This document shows positions 25,555 through 38,736 of a DNA stretch of 64,000 nucleotides, piece by piece. Below the pieces are notes generated by a model that was not told where the DNA came from, ran no database searches, and worked only from the letters and a program-made list of their open reading frames with translations. Each line of letters begins with the position of its first letter. Within the stretch, counting starts at the first letter, position 1. Source of the stretch: Asterias rubens (lineage: Eukaryota); the NCBI RefSeq assembly GCF_902459465.1, contig NC_047083.1, positions 9,362,001-9,426,000 of the forward strand, written 5' to 3'. The position numbers and the translations under genes were made by a program.

Positions 25555-28265
25555 AATTACTCATGTGCTAGTAGTAGTTAATTGTTACAAGGCCTTTACT
25601 ATTCTTGTGTTTTTATTTTATGGAATAAATGAATGCAAACGCAATATGCTGAAGAAACTCAAACACCTCCAGATGTGATGCACGTTAACATGCCTTTAAC
25701 TCATGGGTCCCTGACTCATTTCTACCAGGCAACAAGCCTCAGCAGCGATATCGAAAGTTACGTAGGGATTGAACAGCTGTGTGCAATCAATAGCACTTTG
25801 TCCTATTTTCAGGTTTGTATGACGCCTAACTTCCATGAGGGGAAAAGAGATGGAAAAGTTGTATTAGTACTAGTAACAGTGTGAACAAACTACATAGTAG
25901 GTGCTACATTTGAAATGTAGTTCATTGTGACAGTAGGACATGTGTTCGAAGATTTTGTCCTATTTTTAGTTTTGTATGACGCCTAACTTCCAAGAGGGGA
26001 AAAGAGACGGACAAGTTGTACAAATGTAATTCGTTTTGACAGAAGGACATGTGATTAAATATATGGTTACCAGCCAAACTACGCTTTTTAGGGACAGGGT
26101 CAAAAACACACAATCTGTGACTGGTATTCTGTCCGTTTCTGCTAAGCAGGAATTTGTTAGTATTCTGTGCTTTAAGCAGCTCTATTAAACTTGGCCCAGG
26201 CCTGAAGTGGTAACCGTTAAAAGAGAGTAAACCACCCAAACTCCCCTCACTGAGTCAGCTCGCTAGACGATCTGTACATGTAGGCCTACATGTTGAGCCA
26301 TATGGAACTACTTGACTGTGTCCTGACTACCAAACTACTGACCCATATCGCGGGGATGATATAATTTACATTAAACATGTTAAAAGGAAGGTACACGTTT
26401 GGTAATTACTAATAACAAATATTTTACTGACATTTTCACGGAGTGACAATGATAAATAAACGGTTAAATTAACAGTAACAAATACATCCCCATATAGTTT
26501 CACGTCATACAATGTTACTGACTAGAAAATAAGTCAGAACAAAACAAAATATACTTGGTTTGGATTGAAATAAAATACTTTGCTGTTTCTGTGGAAATGA
26601 TTAAGTCGGTTGACACCGGAAACTGAGCTTATTTTGACCAACCTAAATCCTTCTCCAAAATAAGGCCAATCACGTTATAGCCTCCTACCTTTTAAAAAAA
26701 AAAAGGAAGGCGGGCTTCACAAAGAAGATTTTGACCGGCCGGGCTATTTTTCAAAATATTTGTCACTTTCCTCTGAGATCATTAAAAAGTAAGCTCTTTT
26801 TTGTTTTTAAAAGGAGGCGGCCTCTAACAAGGAACAAGTTTTTTTGTTTGTTGCCTAAATTGCACAATACAGAACAAAATTAGAACTCCAGACTCATCAC
26901 GGATGTGGTTAAAAATACTACAATCACGTACCATCATTTCCCTCTCTAAACAGATGATTGGTAATAAACATTAACCCCTCCCATAGCAACACTAGAAACT
27001 AAACCAAGGCCAGACACTTAATCAACATGTTCATTTCCTGTATTTGCTCACTCTCCTTGAAGTTGCCCATTAAAGACACAGAACACTATTGGTTATTGTC
27101 AAAGACCAGTCTTCTCACTTGGTGTATCTCAACATATCCCTAGATGCATAAAATAACAAACCTATGAAAATTTGATTTTATGAGCTCAATCGGTTATCAA
27201 AGTTGCGAAATAATAATAAAAGAAAAAACACTCTTGTCACCTGAAGTTGTGTGCTTTCAGATGCTTGATTTCGAGAACTCAAATTCTAAATCTGAGGTCT
27301 CAAAATTAAATTCGTGGAAAATTGCTTCTTTCTCGAAAACTACGTTACTTCTAAGGGAGCCGCTTCTCTGTTTTATACTATCAACGGTTGCAACCTCTCC
27401 CCATTACTCATTACCAAGTGAGATTTTATGCTAATAACTATTTTGAGTAATTAGCAATAGTATCCAATGCCTTTAATCAACAGTTCACTTCATGCTCACA
27501 CGCCTCAAAGTTGCGCTTTAAAGAACTATTAATTGGAAATTTCTGCAAAGAACATTAACCTAATGCAAGTAATGTGAACATTAACATACTATATTATTTT
27601 GTGCAAGTTTTTGTAAAAACTATTGGTGTTTTACAATGGGTCCTAGATATCACAAACTTATAATTTAATAATTGTGTCTGACCATGAAGTATGATTAGAA
27701 GGCCTTCATGTACCAAGAATATGTTGTTGCTATGTAGATGGGTATAGATTGGTTGTCATGGGCAACAGTAATAGAACAATGTTTGCCATGGTTACAGTAC
27801 CACCAGGCCTGCTGTATGCATTGTTTTTGAAAGGTCAAGGGCACCAAGGCATGATGAAGGAAGAACCCTATGAGGAAGTTGTAAGTTTCTACTGAGCATT
27901 TAAATTTAAGCATAGCTCCGAGGCAATTACCAGCAGGGGGCATCTCTAGAGGAAATTGCCTTTTTGATGCATCGCCATCGTCTGTTTGATTGATATAGCC
28001 TTTTTATATAGGAATGGTGTGGTCTGTGGATATTGATGACTGATGTAAATACATGTAAGCTCTACTTTATATAGCCTAAAATATCAGCATTGTAAACCTA
28101 GACACTAGGTCCTAGTAAACTGTATGAATGAATATGGGAGGGGCCGGGGGGGGGGGGGGTAATAAGCTACGTACATTATAAATAATAATAATTTGAACAG
28201 CAGATGGACTATGGTCATGGAGGAAAGACAACACTTACAGTTACACTTAAGGTTTGATGGGATAT

Positions 28266-28500
28266 TTAATATTGTTGGCTTATGCCTTTTAACACCCCAT
28301 ATCCATTTTTATTCAGGTATTTGTCGAAGCTGTTTTTGAACTGATTGGTTGTCTTGGCTTTGACCACTTTGGCTGGGAGTCTGTTCCAGTTATCTACCAC
28401 TCGTTGTGTGAAGAAGTGTTTTCTGAGATTGAGCCCTTTGTTTAGCCTTCTTTTGAAGAGCTTCAATACATTCCTCCATTATTTAAACTGGGCTTTGAAT
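28266..28500 (-). mobile_element. CR1/L2-clade LINE 3' fragment (ORF2 C-terminus)
   Basis: Translation LRKHFFTQRVVDNWNRLPAKVVKAKTTNQFKNSFDKYL matches the CR1-type ORF2 terminal motif RxxFFxxRVxxxWNxLP...FK..LD. Confidence 0.85.
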
Positions 28501-29179
28501 CTAAGATAACTACTATACACGGCACATTTTCATATCTTAGAGTTGACGTAAGTCATTTCGCCTGGGTCTCAAAACCCCCAAACCCGGCATCAGCACTGCC
28601 CCTGGTCTCCATGACTGACGCAGTGTGGCTCCCGGTTCCGCACGCACCCAACCAACACCTTCAATTCAACGGTGATTGGTAATTTGTATTAACAAAATTT
28701 GACCATTTTTACAAGAAATAAACACACTCTTAACTAACCCACGGAATCAGAAATATAAATTGTACAAGAAACTTAGCTCTACGTAGAAAACAAACTCTTA
28801 CCTGCCTGCCAAAATAGCACTTTCCCGGAGCAAACGTTTGTTGTGACAGCGTCAAAATCCACTTGAAAGCGAGATGGAGGGGCTAGAACGCATGCGCACA
28901 AAACAACTTTCACACACGTCCAAACAACACACGTGTTGTATTTGTTTTGGACACACCCAAATAATATTTTGTAAAAAGAAATTGAGAAAGACAGTTAATT
29001 GTTACAACTGCCCTTGAATTTTGTTTATGACTTGATTATTGTTTATTTATTATGCATTATTACTTGCAGAGGAGGAAATATAGAGAACCTGAACATGTTA
29101 ATTTGGGTTATTTATCTACATCAGTCTAAATTTATTCCTCCATGGTCTACCAAGCTTTCTGAGAAGATTGATTATGGGT

Positions 29180-29181
29180 GT

Positions 29182-29213
<32 letters not shown>

Positions 29214-29217
29214 GGGG
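29180..29217. repeat. Poly-G run (possible G-quadruplex or sequencing homopolymer artefact)
   Basis: About 30 consecutive G followed by aggggg. Confidence 0.8.
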
Positions 29218-30430
29218 GTCCGTTTTCAGAAGTGCTTGAACGCCAACAGAGGGCGCTGTGTAGTTTCTTAACGGTCTCTGTTGTGTGGTTGTGTGCACAA
29301 AATCCCTTAGTAACTTATACTATGCTAAACATGTTAAAAAACACTTAACAAATATTTTAAGTTTCTCAGCCTCTTGATAACCAATCAGACATATTTTTAG
29401 ACAACTAAACTTCAAATTTTCTTTCAATTCTGGTAGGTCAACTGTTTGGAACTTAAGGTTGCTAATTACCCAAGAAAACAAAGATCCCCCCCGACCATGT
29501 CTTTTCCCAAACCGACTCGCCGCCAGTTTCCACGAGGCATTCAAAGCCTAAATTTATCATTGGAATTTGAGTATTTTTACAGGCAACAAATCATTCTGAA
29601 ACCTCTTTAGCCCACAATTAATAACTTTGGACACTAAAGGAACTGCACAAGAGGACATTTTTGTTTTACAAAAAGTTCAAATTTATTTATTTACTCAAGT
29701 TTGTCTCTTACAAACGGCTTAATTAGAAAATTAAACATGATATTTTGGCCTTAGGGGAAATAATTTTTATTGGATAATTTAGTTTGTGAACAACATAAAA
29801 ATGACAGGCATTATAATCCCTTTTGGCTATGTACATGTATTTACCTAAGCTGGGCCCAATTGCATTGGTCTGCTTACCGCTGAATTCTGCAAACAAAGAA
29901 TAAGTTATAATTCCCTGGTTCCATAAGCGCGGATTCTTCGTTTACGGTAAACAGTCCCATGAAATAAAGCCCAGTTCAATGTGGGTTATAGATGGCGTTG
30001 TGATCTCTAACAGTTACTCAGAACAGCAACTTGGCATTTTAACTTGTCACCCTTTATTTTGGAAAACCACATCTGTTTAGATCTGAACTCTGTGAAATAA
30101 TAATGCGACCCAAAGTAACGTTTTGACAACTTCAAATTGACAGGATTCTTTTGACATTGTTCAAAGAGCAGCCCCAATCATTTCACCAGGTCCAGTGCGA
30201 TCAAGTGGTCGGGAAATTCTGTCCCCTCGGAAATTGTGTCCCGCCATATGGAGAACTGTGTAAAAACTACAAGTGATAGCGCCCTCTTTTGAATCATCCT
30301 CCTATAGCCCATGATAATTTCCCATATTGTGGACAGAATCTCCATCGGACAGATTCTCCTGAGACAACATCTCCATCACCAAGGCGTCACAAAGTTTGTA
30401 CAATAAGTCTTTACATGATAATGCCTGGAT

Positions 30431-31409
<979 letters not shown>

Positions 31410-32597
31410 TCAACTGCGGAAAGAAAAACAGGTAAAGCAATTTAAGTTTTAATCTAAACAGGCCCCCAATAATATAACTTCATCAAAAAAAGGTGTTCAG
31501 TAAACACCTCAGTTCGCTCAAACCTCAGTAATTTTTTTACGTAATCTAACCACTTTTGTACTCTCAAAAGAACCCTCTTTTGCAGTAGCGGATAACTTTC
31601 CGTATGGCGCCACCACTTTTTCACTCATTTTTACAAAAAGGGATATCTCATTGAGGTAAATTAGATACTATATTATTTCATATCTAATAAAAAAGTGGTG
31701 GCGCCATACGGAAACTTTTCCCAGTAGAATACTGGACTTGTCAAACAAAAAAGTGATTTAAATAAATAAAAGTTCACAACGACAACATTCAAAAAGGGCT
31801 TCGCCCGTTTTGAAATTTGAGTTCAACATAAAAATTTTAGAAGGTAGTGTTATTTATCGAAAATACAGTCGACACTACAGTCCATCGGTACGACGAGTCT
31901 TCCCATACTGTGTGGCTGTGTTTTTCTATACCCATCTTAGTTAATATGAACACATGTAAACGTTGGTAGCGCAATAATGTTTAAAAGTTAAACTAGTGTC
32001 GGAAAAGGGTCCCTTACTATAGTCTTTCTACACAACAAAGATTGAAAGAATAGGCAGGAGAGAAGAGCAGAAATACCCTTGTCAAGTGAAACACATCCCG
32101 ATATCAAACAAATAGAAGTGTCTATTTATTACCTTACAGCAGTTTCATAAGATCTGGTGGGTGCAGTCGTTTGTAGACATTCGTACGTCAATCAAAATGT
32201 GTTATTTTGTGATCATACTGTTCGCACGTTCTTTACATTATTTTGTTGCAGACTTTGAAGAAATGTTTAAAGCACGCCCTCTTGTGACACTTGTGTCAAT
32301 GTGCGCGTATCCCTAGACTAGTCCCCAGCCCTTATCCGTAATACACGGTCCTCGGTGTGTGTAACGTCATCAGTTGTGATGCTAGCGTATACAGCTATCC
32401 TATAAGAACAATGCTGGATGATTTAGCGTACAAAAAAAAGAAATTCAAAGAAGACTTTAGTTCGGCCACACTTTCCTTAGCCTTAACAACTGATGTCACA
32501 ATGACTTTCAGGCTCGTGAATAACGCCAGGGAATGGCCTCAAGCTTAGGTCGTCAATCAATCCCTGTCCATCTTCACCTTTCACCTTGATTCATATA

Positions 32598-33110
32598 GGG
32601 TGCGTTCGTTTAGCTTCCCCGGGTCGACCCCGGTGTGTGGCGTTTTCTTTTTTCCAGGACAAAGGTTTCAGATAATTACCCACGTTCGTCCTGGAAAAAA
32701 AAAACTACCACACACCAGGGTCGACCCAGGGAAGCTAAACGAACGCACCCATTATGCGGAGGACGCAAGTACAGTCACATCGGGCCACCAATCAAAACCC
32801 AAGCTTACGTCAATCTATGCGCATTTTATATCCAATGAAATGATTGTATTAATGAGATCACTGAATCTGAAAAGCACTGACTGCGGTTAAAGACAAAGGA
32901 CCATGGTCTACACTGTCCTTCTCTTTTTTCGAAAACTATGGGTGCGTTCGATTATAGGGTGCGTTCGTTAAGCTTCCCTGGGTCGACCCCCCGGTGTGGG
33001 CGTGTTTTTTTTGCCAGGACAAACGTGTGCAGATAATTACCCACGTTCATCCTGGAAAAACAAACCGACACACACCGGGGTCGACCCAGGGAAGCTAAAC
33101 GAACGCACCC
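32598..33110. mobile_element. Two adjacent ~153 bp palindromic MITEs, PIF/Harbinger-like
   Basis: Copies at 32598-32750 and 32957-33110, GGGTGCGTTCGTT(T/A)AGCTTCCC...GGGAAGCTAAACGAACGCACCC, with AT-rich flanks. The superfamily is inferred from the termini only. Confidence 0.6.
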
Positions 33111-33134
33111 ATTTCTCCCTGGGATGGGTCGATC

Positions 33135-33605
33135 CCGGTCTGCCATGCAATTGTGTCCGCCATGCATTACTGTCCGCTCCGGACACTTTTGCATATGCAA
33201 TCGTGTCCAGGGCTATGCAAAAATCGTCCGGTGGACATGTTTATGATTGTATGTATGGGCGCGCAAGCGAGCGTGCATGCACTGAACCTACGTATTTGCA
33301 GCATGAATATTCACGCCTTATATTTTTATAATTTGCAGGATACCCAACGGCCGAACATTTCAAAGGTCATTCATAAAAAATGGCGAACGTGTTCCGTCGA
33401 CCAAGTGCGTTTATTTACTGCAAGAAGGACGGTTTTGCACGGGGGCGAACACACAATCTGCACATGCAAATGTGTCCGGGCGGACACATTGCATTATGCA
33501 GCAGCATCGGGCGGACACGATTGCATATTATGTCCGGCGGACATTATTGCATATGCAATAATGTCCGACGGATAGTATTGCATAGAGGACATACATGCGA
33601 CACCG
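33135..33605. mobile_element. ~470 bp non-autonomous element with many subterminal gtccg/cggac/gcatatgcaat subrepeats
   Basis: An inverted second copy lies at 44939-45753 (interrupted by MITE pieces at ~45114-45468) and an end fragment at 43811-43975. The ends resemble CCGGTGTC. Confidence 0.6.
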
Positions 33606-34476
33606 ACTCGATGTGCATGACGTCACCAGGGGCTCGCCCAGATGAGTGCCGCGGGGTCGACATGCAGAAGAGCTAATCAAACGCAACCAAATCAAGATGT
33701 TGCCACTTGACACAATAATTATGAAACTATTATGAATAGAGTGGAAGCGATTACTTAAAACTCGTTTAGAAATCAGGGTGCTGTGTGTGGGTGGGTGGGG
33801 TGGATGATGTGTGATCAAGTAATGCTTTTAGAATAGGCCAGCGGCTTCATACACTTTTTAATGTCCCTCCGGCCTAATGCATGCTAGGATAAATACCAAG
33901 CATAAAACACATCAGTAAAAGCCACTTACTGTATTAAACCTGATTTCGAATTTAGGGTTGAGCTGTTAGTTATTATTACCAAAACGTACTAGCGCAGTGC
34001 TGTATTTACAATGTACACGTATAGATGGGTTCAATTGCAACAAAACGTATACCTGATCCATTTAAAGGTACTGGAAACGTTTGGTAATAATACTCAAAAT
34101 AATAATACTTAGCATAACAACTTACTTGGTAACGAGCAGTGGCGGAGAGGTGTATAGTATAAAACATTGTGAGAACCGGCTCCCTCTGAAGAACTATAGG
34201 CCTACGCGATAGTTTTTGAGAAAGAGGTAATTTTCTAACTCGATATAATAAAATGCTTCAGCTGAAGCCTATGCATTCTGAAACCACACATAATGCAACA
34301 AGGGTATTTTTCTTTCACCATCCTCTTGTAACTTCGATGACCATGCCAATTATTGAGTCCAAGTTTTCACGGATTTGTTATTTTCATTTCACAGGTTTGT
34401 TATCTTACACACAGGTCTGGTTTGTTATTTTCACAGGTTTGTTATGATGCAAAGTTGAGATACACCAAGTGAGAAT

Positions 34477-34704
34477 TAGACTTGTGGACAAGTCGTTAAA
34501 TCGGCCCCACTCGCTGAGATAGTGCTCTCGCGAGATCACTGCTCTCGCGCGAACTGATGGCTCCCCGATTTCGACTCCTCATTAACGACTTGTACAAGCT
34601 GAGGAGTCGAAATCGGGGAGCCATCAGTTCGCGCGAGAGCAGTGATCTCGCGAGAGCACTATCTCAGCGCGTGGGGCCGATTTAACGACTTGTCCACAAG
34701 TCTA
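34477..34704. mobile_element. 228 bp foldback element (104 bp arms) with a 9 bp TSD
   Basis: Arms 34477-34580 and 34601-34704 are reverse complements with one mismatch. TSD AGTGAGAAT at 34468-34476 and 34705-34713. Inserted in a Kolobok-like MITE. Confidence 0.9.
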
Positions 34705-34762
34705 AGTGAGAATACTTGTCTTTGACAATTATTATTAGCAAAAGTGTCCGATGCCTTTAAGT

Positions 34763-34770
34763 TATATAAA
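34763..34770 (+). promoter_or_regulatory. Possible TATA box upstream of the FReD gene
   Basis: TATATAAA lies ~510 bp upstream of the ATG, directly after a MITE's TTAA. Motif match only. Confidence 0.25.
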
Positions 34771-35278
34771 GAGGGCCTATCGATTGATGTGCGATCCACT
34801 CACAACCATATCAACTTGAAGGTCAGGTCGTCATGGTAGCGAATACTTCGCCTGATGGTACTGAATAAAACGATACAGACCCAACATTATAAATATTATT
34901 TTTGTTGATCGTTAGTGAAAAGGGTCTCATCGTTTTCTTCTGGGGGAAAACTGACCCAACCAATCAAAACCAACCACGGGTGTTTTCTCTTCTATAATTA
35001 AAATAATGTAATTTTATCTCAAATTGCTGTGGAAACGGTGACGCCAATAAGTGGTTGAGCTGACTGCACTCAAAGTTAGACTGATTTTCAGAGAGTACAG
35101 TTATTTATTACAAGGGCAAACAGATTGTGCCTATCTGATGCATTACGACGATACAGTTTAATTTGCGTCAAAGACTAACTGCTTGTTGTGCCGCGACAAT
35201 TAGAGTATACTGATGCCAGAAGGGCTAACTACGTTTAAGTTTATCTGATTTAAAAGAAAAGATCAAATAAATATCATC

Positions 35279-36265
35279 ATGGAAGTTCTAAAATTCTTTT
35301 TTCTGTTTTTGATGGTGCAAGCCTGCCAGGGTGAAAACCAACAAAGGTTCATCGAAACGTTCTACTTGGTTGAGAATCGAGCCTTACTGAATCACGGGTT
35401 TCAGATCAAGACTGTATCTTCTCCTGTGATCTGTGGGCGAGACTGCTCTATGGATCCACAGTGTGTGTCTTTCAACTACCAAACAGATACCAAGGTTTGT
35501 GAGTTTAACAGTATCACAAGAGAAAGCAGCCCTGATGACTTTATCGAATCGCAAGGAAGTGTCTACTATGATAACAAAGTGGACACTCTTTCATTCGCCA
35601 TTCCGAATAAGAAGTATAGCAGTTGTTTGAAGCTCTATCAAGCCGGTTACCGTGACAATGGCGTATACAAAATCTACCCCACAAGTCTGACTGATGGGTT
35701 TAAGGTCTACTGTGATATGGAGACAGATGGAGGAGGCTGGATTGTGTTCCAGAGGAGACAAGATGGAACTGTTGACTTTTACCGTACCTGGGCTGATTAC
35801 CAATCTGGGTTTGGTGATCTTCAGAATGAGTTCTGGTTGGGGAATGATATCCTGCGTAACCTGACTGAATCGGGTCAATGGGAGCTCAGAGTAGATATGG
35901 AAGAGTGGGAGTTGATTACGAAATGGGCTTCTTATGGTGAGTTTGCTGTTACAGGTGACAAGTACACTCTTCATGTTGGTTCATATGATGCTCAGAGTAC
36001 AGCCAGCAATCAGATGCCTTACCATAGTGGGTGTCCATTTTCAACAAAAGACAAGGAAAATGATTCAAACCAATCAGACAACTGTGCTGTGCAGTTTGAA
36101 GGGGCGTGGTGGTTTAATGACTGCTTTTGGGCTCATCTGAACGGTAAATACTATCAGGAAAAAGAGGAGACAAATATTCAGGGAATACAATGGGGCAAGA
36201 CAGCAGAAGGGAATTATTACTCCCTCATGAAATGCAGCATGAAAATACGGCAAGTCGTCGAATAA
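35279..36265 (+). CDS. Secreted fibrinogen-related protein (FReD): signal peptide + PAN/apple domain + fibrinogen C-terminal domain, 328 aa, intronless CDS
   Basis: Hydrophobic N-terminus. PAN-like pattern C-x3-C-x5-C-x-SFNY-x6-C-E-F-N. FBG motifs YCDMETDGGGWIVFQRRQDG, DFYRTW, GFG, EFWLG, PFSTKD, DNCA, GAWWF, LNGKY and MKIR. Confidence 0.95.
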   Translation: MEVLKFFFLFLMVQACQGENQQRFIETFYLVENRALLNHGFQIKTVSSPVICGRDCSMDPQCVSFNYQTDTKVCEFNSITRESSPDDFIESQGSVYYDNKVDTLSFAIPNKKYSSCLKLYQAGYRDNGVYKIYPTSLTDGFKVYCDMETDGGGWIVFQRRQDGTVDFYRTWADYQSGFGDLQNEFWLGNDILRNLTESGQWELRVDMEEWELITKWASYGEFAVTGDKYTLHVGSYDAQSTASNQMPYHSGCPFSTKDKENDSNQSDNCAVQFEGAWWFNDCFWAHLNGKYYQEKEETNIQGIQWGKTAEGNYYSLMKCSMKIRQVVE

Positions 36266-38474
36266 CTCAACAAACTCAGACCCTTTTGAAGACAATCAGT
36301 AGAGAAAATCAATACGAGAATAAACATTATCTTCAGTTATTGAATGCAAAATCAATTTTTTTTTCTAAAGACCCTATTAACTGAAGTACTTTAAAGTGGT
36401 GGCTGATTTTAACTTCCACGATCAAATTTGATCCGGATCCGGGTGTGGACTTCACAAAGAGTTAGTCTTATCTCTAGTTAGGACGAGGTTTTTAATAAGA
36501 GTCCTAGGACGAGTCTTTAGTTAGGGCTATTTTTGTGAAGACGACCCTGGGTCCCGGAGGCCTATGCGATGGATTGACCCATTTCTGGGCTAGAATGACC
36601 AGGAGTGTCAAAAATGGCCAATAAGCGGGTCAGTTTACGCTCGGAATCCGAATTAAAAGACCCTAGCCGATTTTCGGATCTGGGTCAGGTTCCCTTAGAG
36701 TTGGGATCAGGATCTTCTGAGACGGCAAAACGTCATTGCTCACAAATTTTGTTTTAAACATTGTCAAACACAACGATACCGAGTCATGTTCATCAAGTTT
36801 TGGGAAAAAACGTCATCGTTTTCTTTTGGGAAAAAGAGTGGACAGTTTAAAATCGTCTGATCAGAAGCATAATTCATCACTTTGTATGGATTTCGTCAAT
36901 TGCTTTCGCAAAATTAATTTCGAAGCTCCGAAAAAGAGTGTTGTCTTCAGAGTAAATATTTTGTTTTGCAAATTTATATATTATATGATTTCTCGTTTTA
37001 AAGGCACTGGACAGGTTTGGTAATTACTGTAAAAGACTGGTATTCGCACTTAGTGCATCCCATCCCAACACATACATAAAATAACAATTTAATCTGTTAA
37101 AAGGAACACGTTGCCTTGGATCGGACGAGTTGGTCTATAAAAAGCGTTTGTAACCGTTTTTTATAAAATGCATTTGGTTGGAAAGATGTTTTAAAAGTAG
37201 AATACAATGATCCACACAAGTTTGTCTCGAAATTGCGTGGTTTTCCTTTTACTGTGCGAACTAACACGGTCGGCCATTTATGGGAGTCAACAACTCCCAT
37301 AAATGGCCGACCGTGTTAGTCGACGAGGTAAAAGGAAAACCGTGCAATTGCGAGGCATGTTTGTGTGGATCATTGTATTCTACTTTTACAACATCTTTCT
37401 ACTCATATGCATATTATAAAAAAGGGTTACAAACGTTTTTCATTCAAAGACCAACTCGTCCGATCCAAGGCAACGTGTTCCTTTAACATTGGGCTTAATA
37501 ATTGGTCATCGAAGTTGCAAGAGAGAATAATGAATGAAATACTCCTTTGTTGTTGCATTACTTTGTGTGCTTTCAGATGCCTAAAAGGCTTCTGACCTGC
37601 AGTCTATAAAAAAATAATATCTCGAGTAAGAAATTACCCGCACAAAGACTATACGTTACATCAGAGGGAGCCATTTCTCACAATGTTTTGTACCAACAGC
37701 TCTCCATTGATCGTTACCAAGTAGGTTTATAATAATGCTAACAGTTATTTTGAGAAATTACCAAAAATACCAATAGTGTTCAGTGCCTTTAATGACCCTT
37801 TGATAAGAAAGTTTTATGGAATTTCTCTTATGTCCCCATAGTTCTAAGCAGACGAAATGCTTTTAAAAGGTGGAAACAAGAAGAAGAAGAAAAAGGGAAA
37901 AAAATAACTTAATAAATCGAACTTGTTGTGCCATTCACTGTTTCATAAAATAATAGTGCCGTTGTCTAGATCGAAATAAACTAGTTTGTAAATAGGCATG
38001 TTCTTTAAAAAACGGTGAAATTATCACATTGAAGCTCAAGCTATATGTCCATGTAAATGTTGGTCTCTTGTCATGTAACATTATTGAAACAAATTATTTT
38101 AAATTAGGGTGACCGGGGCACTAAGAAACATCAGGGATGTTTTGTTTGTAATGTTTTTGAAGTAATATTGTTAAATTCGTCTGACTCCGATGGCTGGCAA
38201 ACAACATAATTCAATAATTTAAACAACATTCCAAATTTCCAAAATACAACGTAAAAGTGATACAATAATTATTAGGAAATTTGCACAGCGTGTTATATGA
38301 GGGAGTACCCAATTTTATAATAATTATGTAAAGTGCCCATTTAAACAGAAACACTAGTTTCACAAACATTGTTTGAAATTACTGAGTAATTTACATTAAA
38401 AAAAAAAGATGATACACAGGCAATAGTACTTGTGTCACTAGGAATTGTTCATGTTCCACCCCCTCCCCGATCTG

Positions 38475-38506
38475 CCCCGCCCCTAGTGAACAGATTGATG
38501 ACGTCA
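38475..38506 (+). promoter_or_regulatory. Putative Ly6 gene 1 proximal promoter (GC box plus CRE)
   Basis: CCCCGCCCC at 38475-38483 and TGACGTCA at 38499-38506, about 230-260 bp upstream of the ATG. Motif match only. Confidence 0.4.
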
Positions 38507-38736
38507 GCTGACAGGCGGGTACCCCGATCCCAACAATGAAAAGAAAGTTAAGACGGGTATCCTCCTTTCACTTTAGACTGGCACCCGTCTGTCAATGATC
38601 ATAACAACTTTGTGATCAGTATTAGGTGAAAAGGAACTAGTCGTATTTACTCAACGTTGACGCACCGCCATGGAATTTTGAACAAAACGGAATTTTAATG
38701 TCGACATTTTATTCATTTTATTGAAGCTGTTTCATC

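Noticed and set aside
25224-25571. 115 aa plus-strand ORF (similar text at 10925-11230)
   Set aside because: It overlies a CAGGCCTG-ended interspersed repeat and local duplications, with no splice or domain support.
29116-29298. Proline-rich or glycine-rich ORFs
   Set aside because: Produced by a poly-G homopolymer.
35591-35974. Minus-strand 127 aa ORF and alternate-frame ORFs within the FReD gene
   Set aside because: Shadows of the 328 aa CDS, with no independent motifs.
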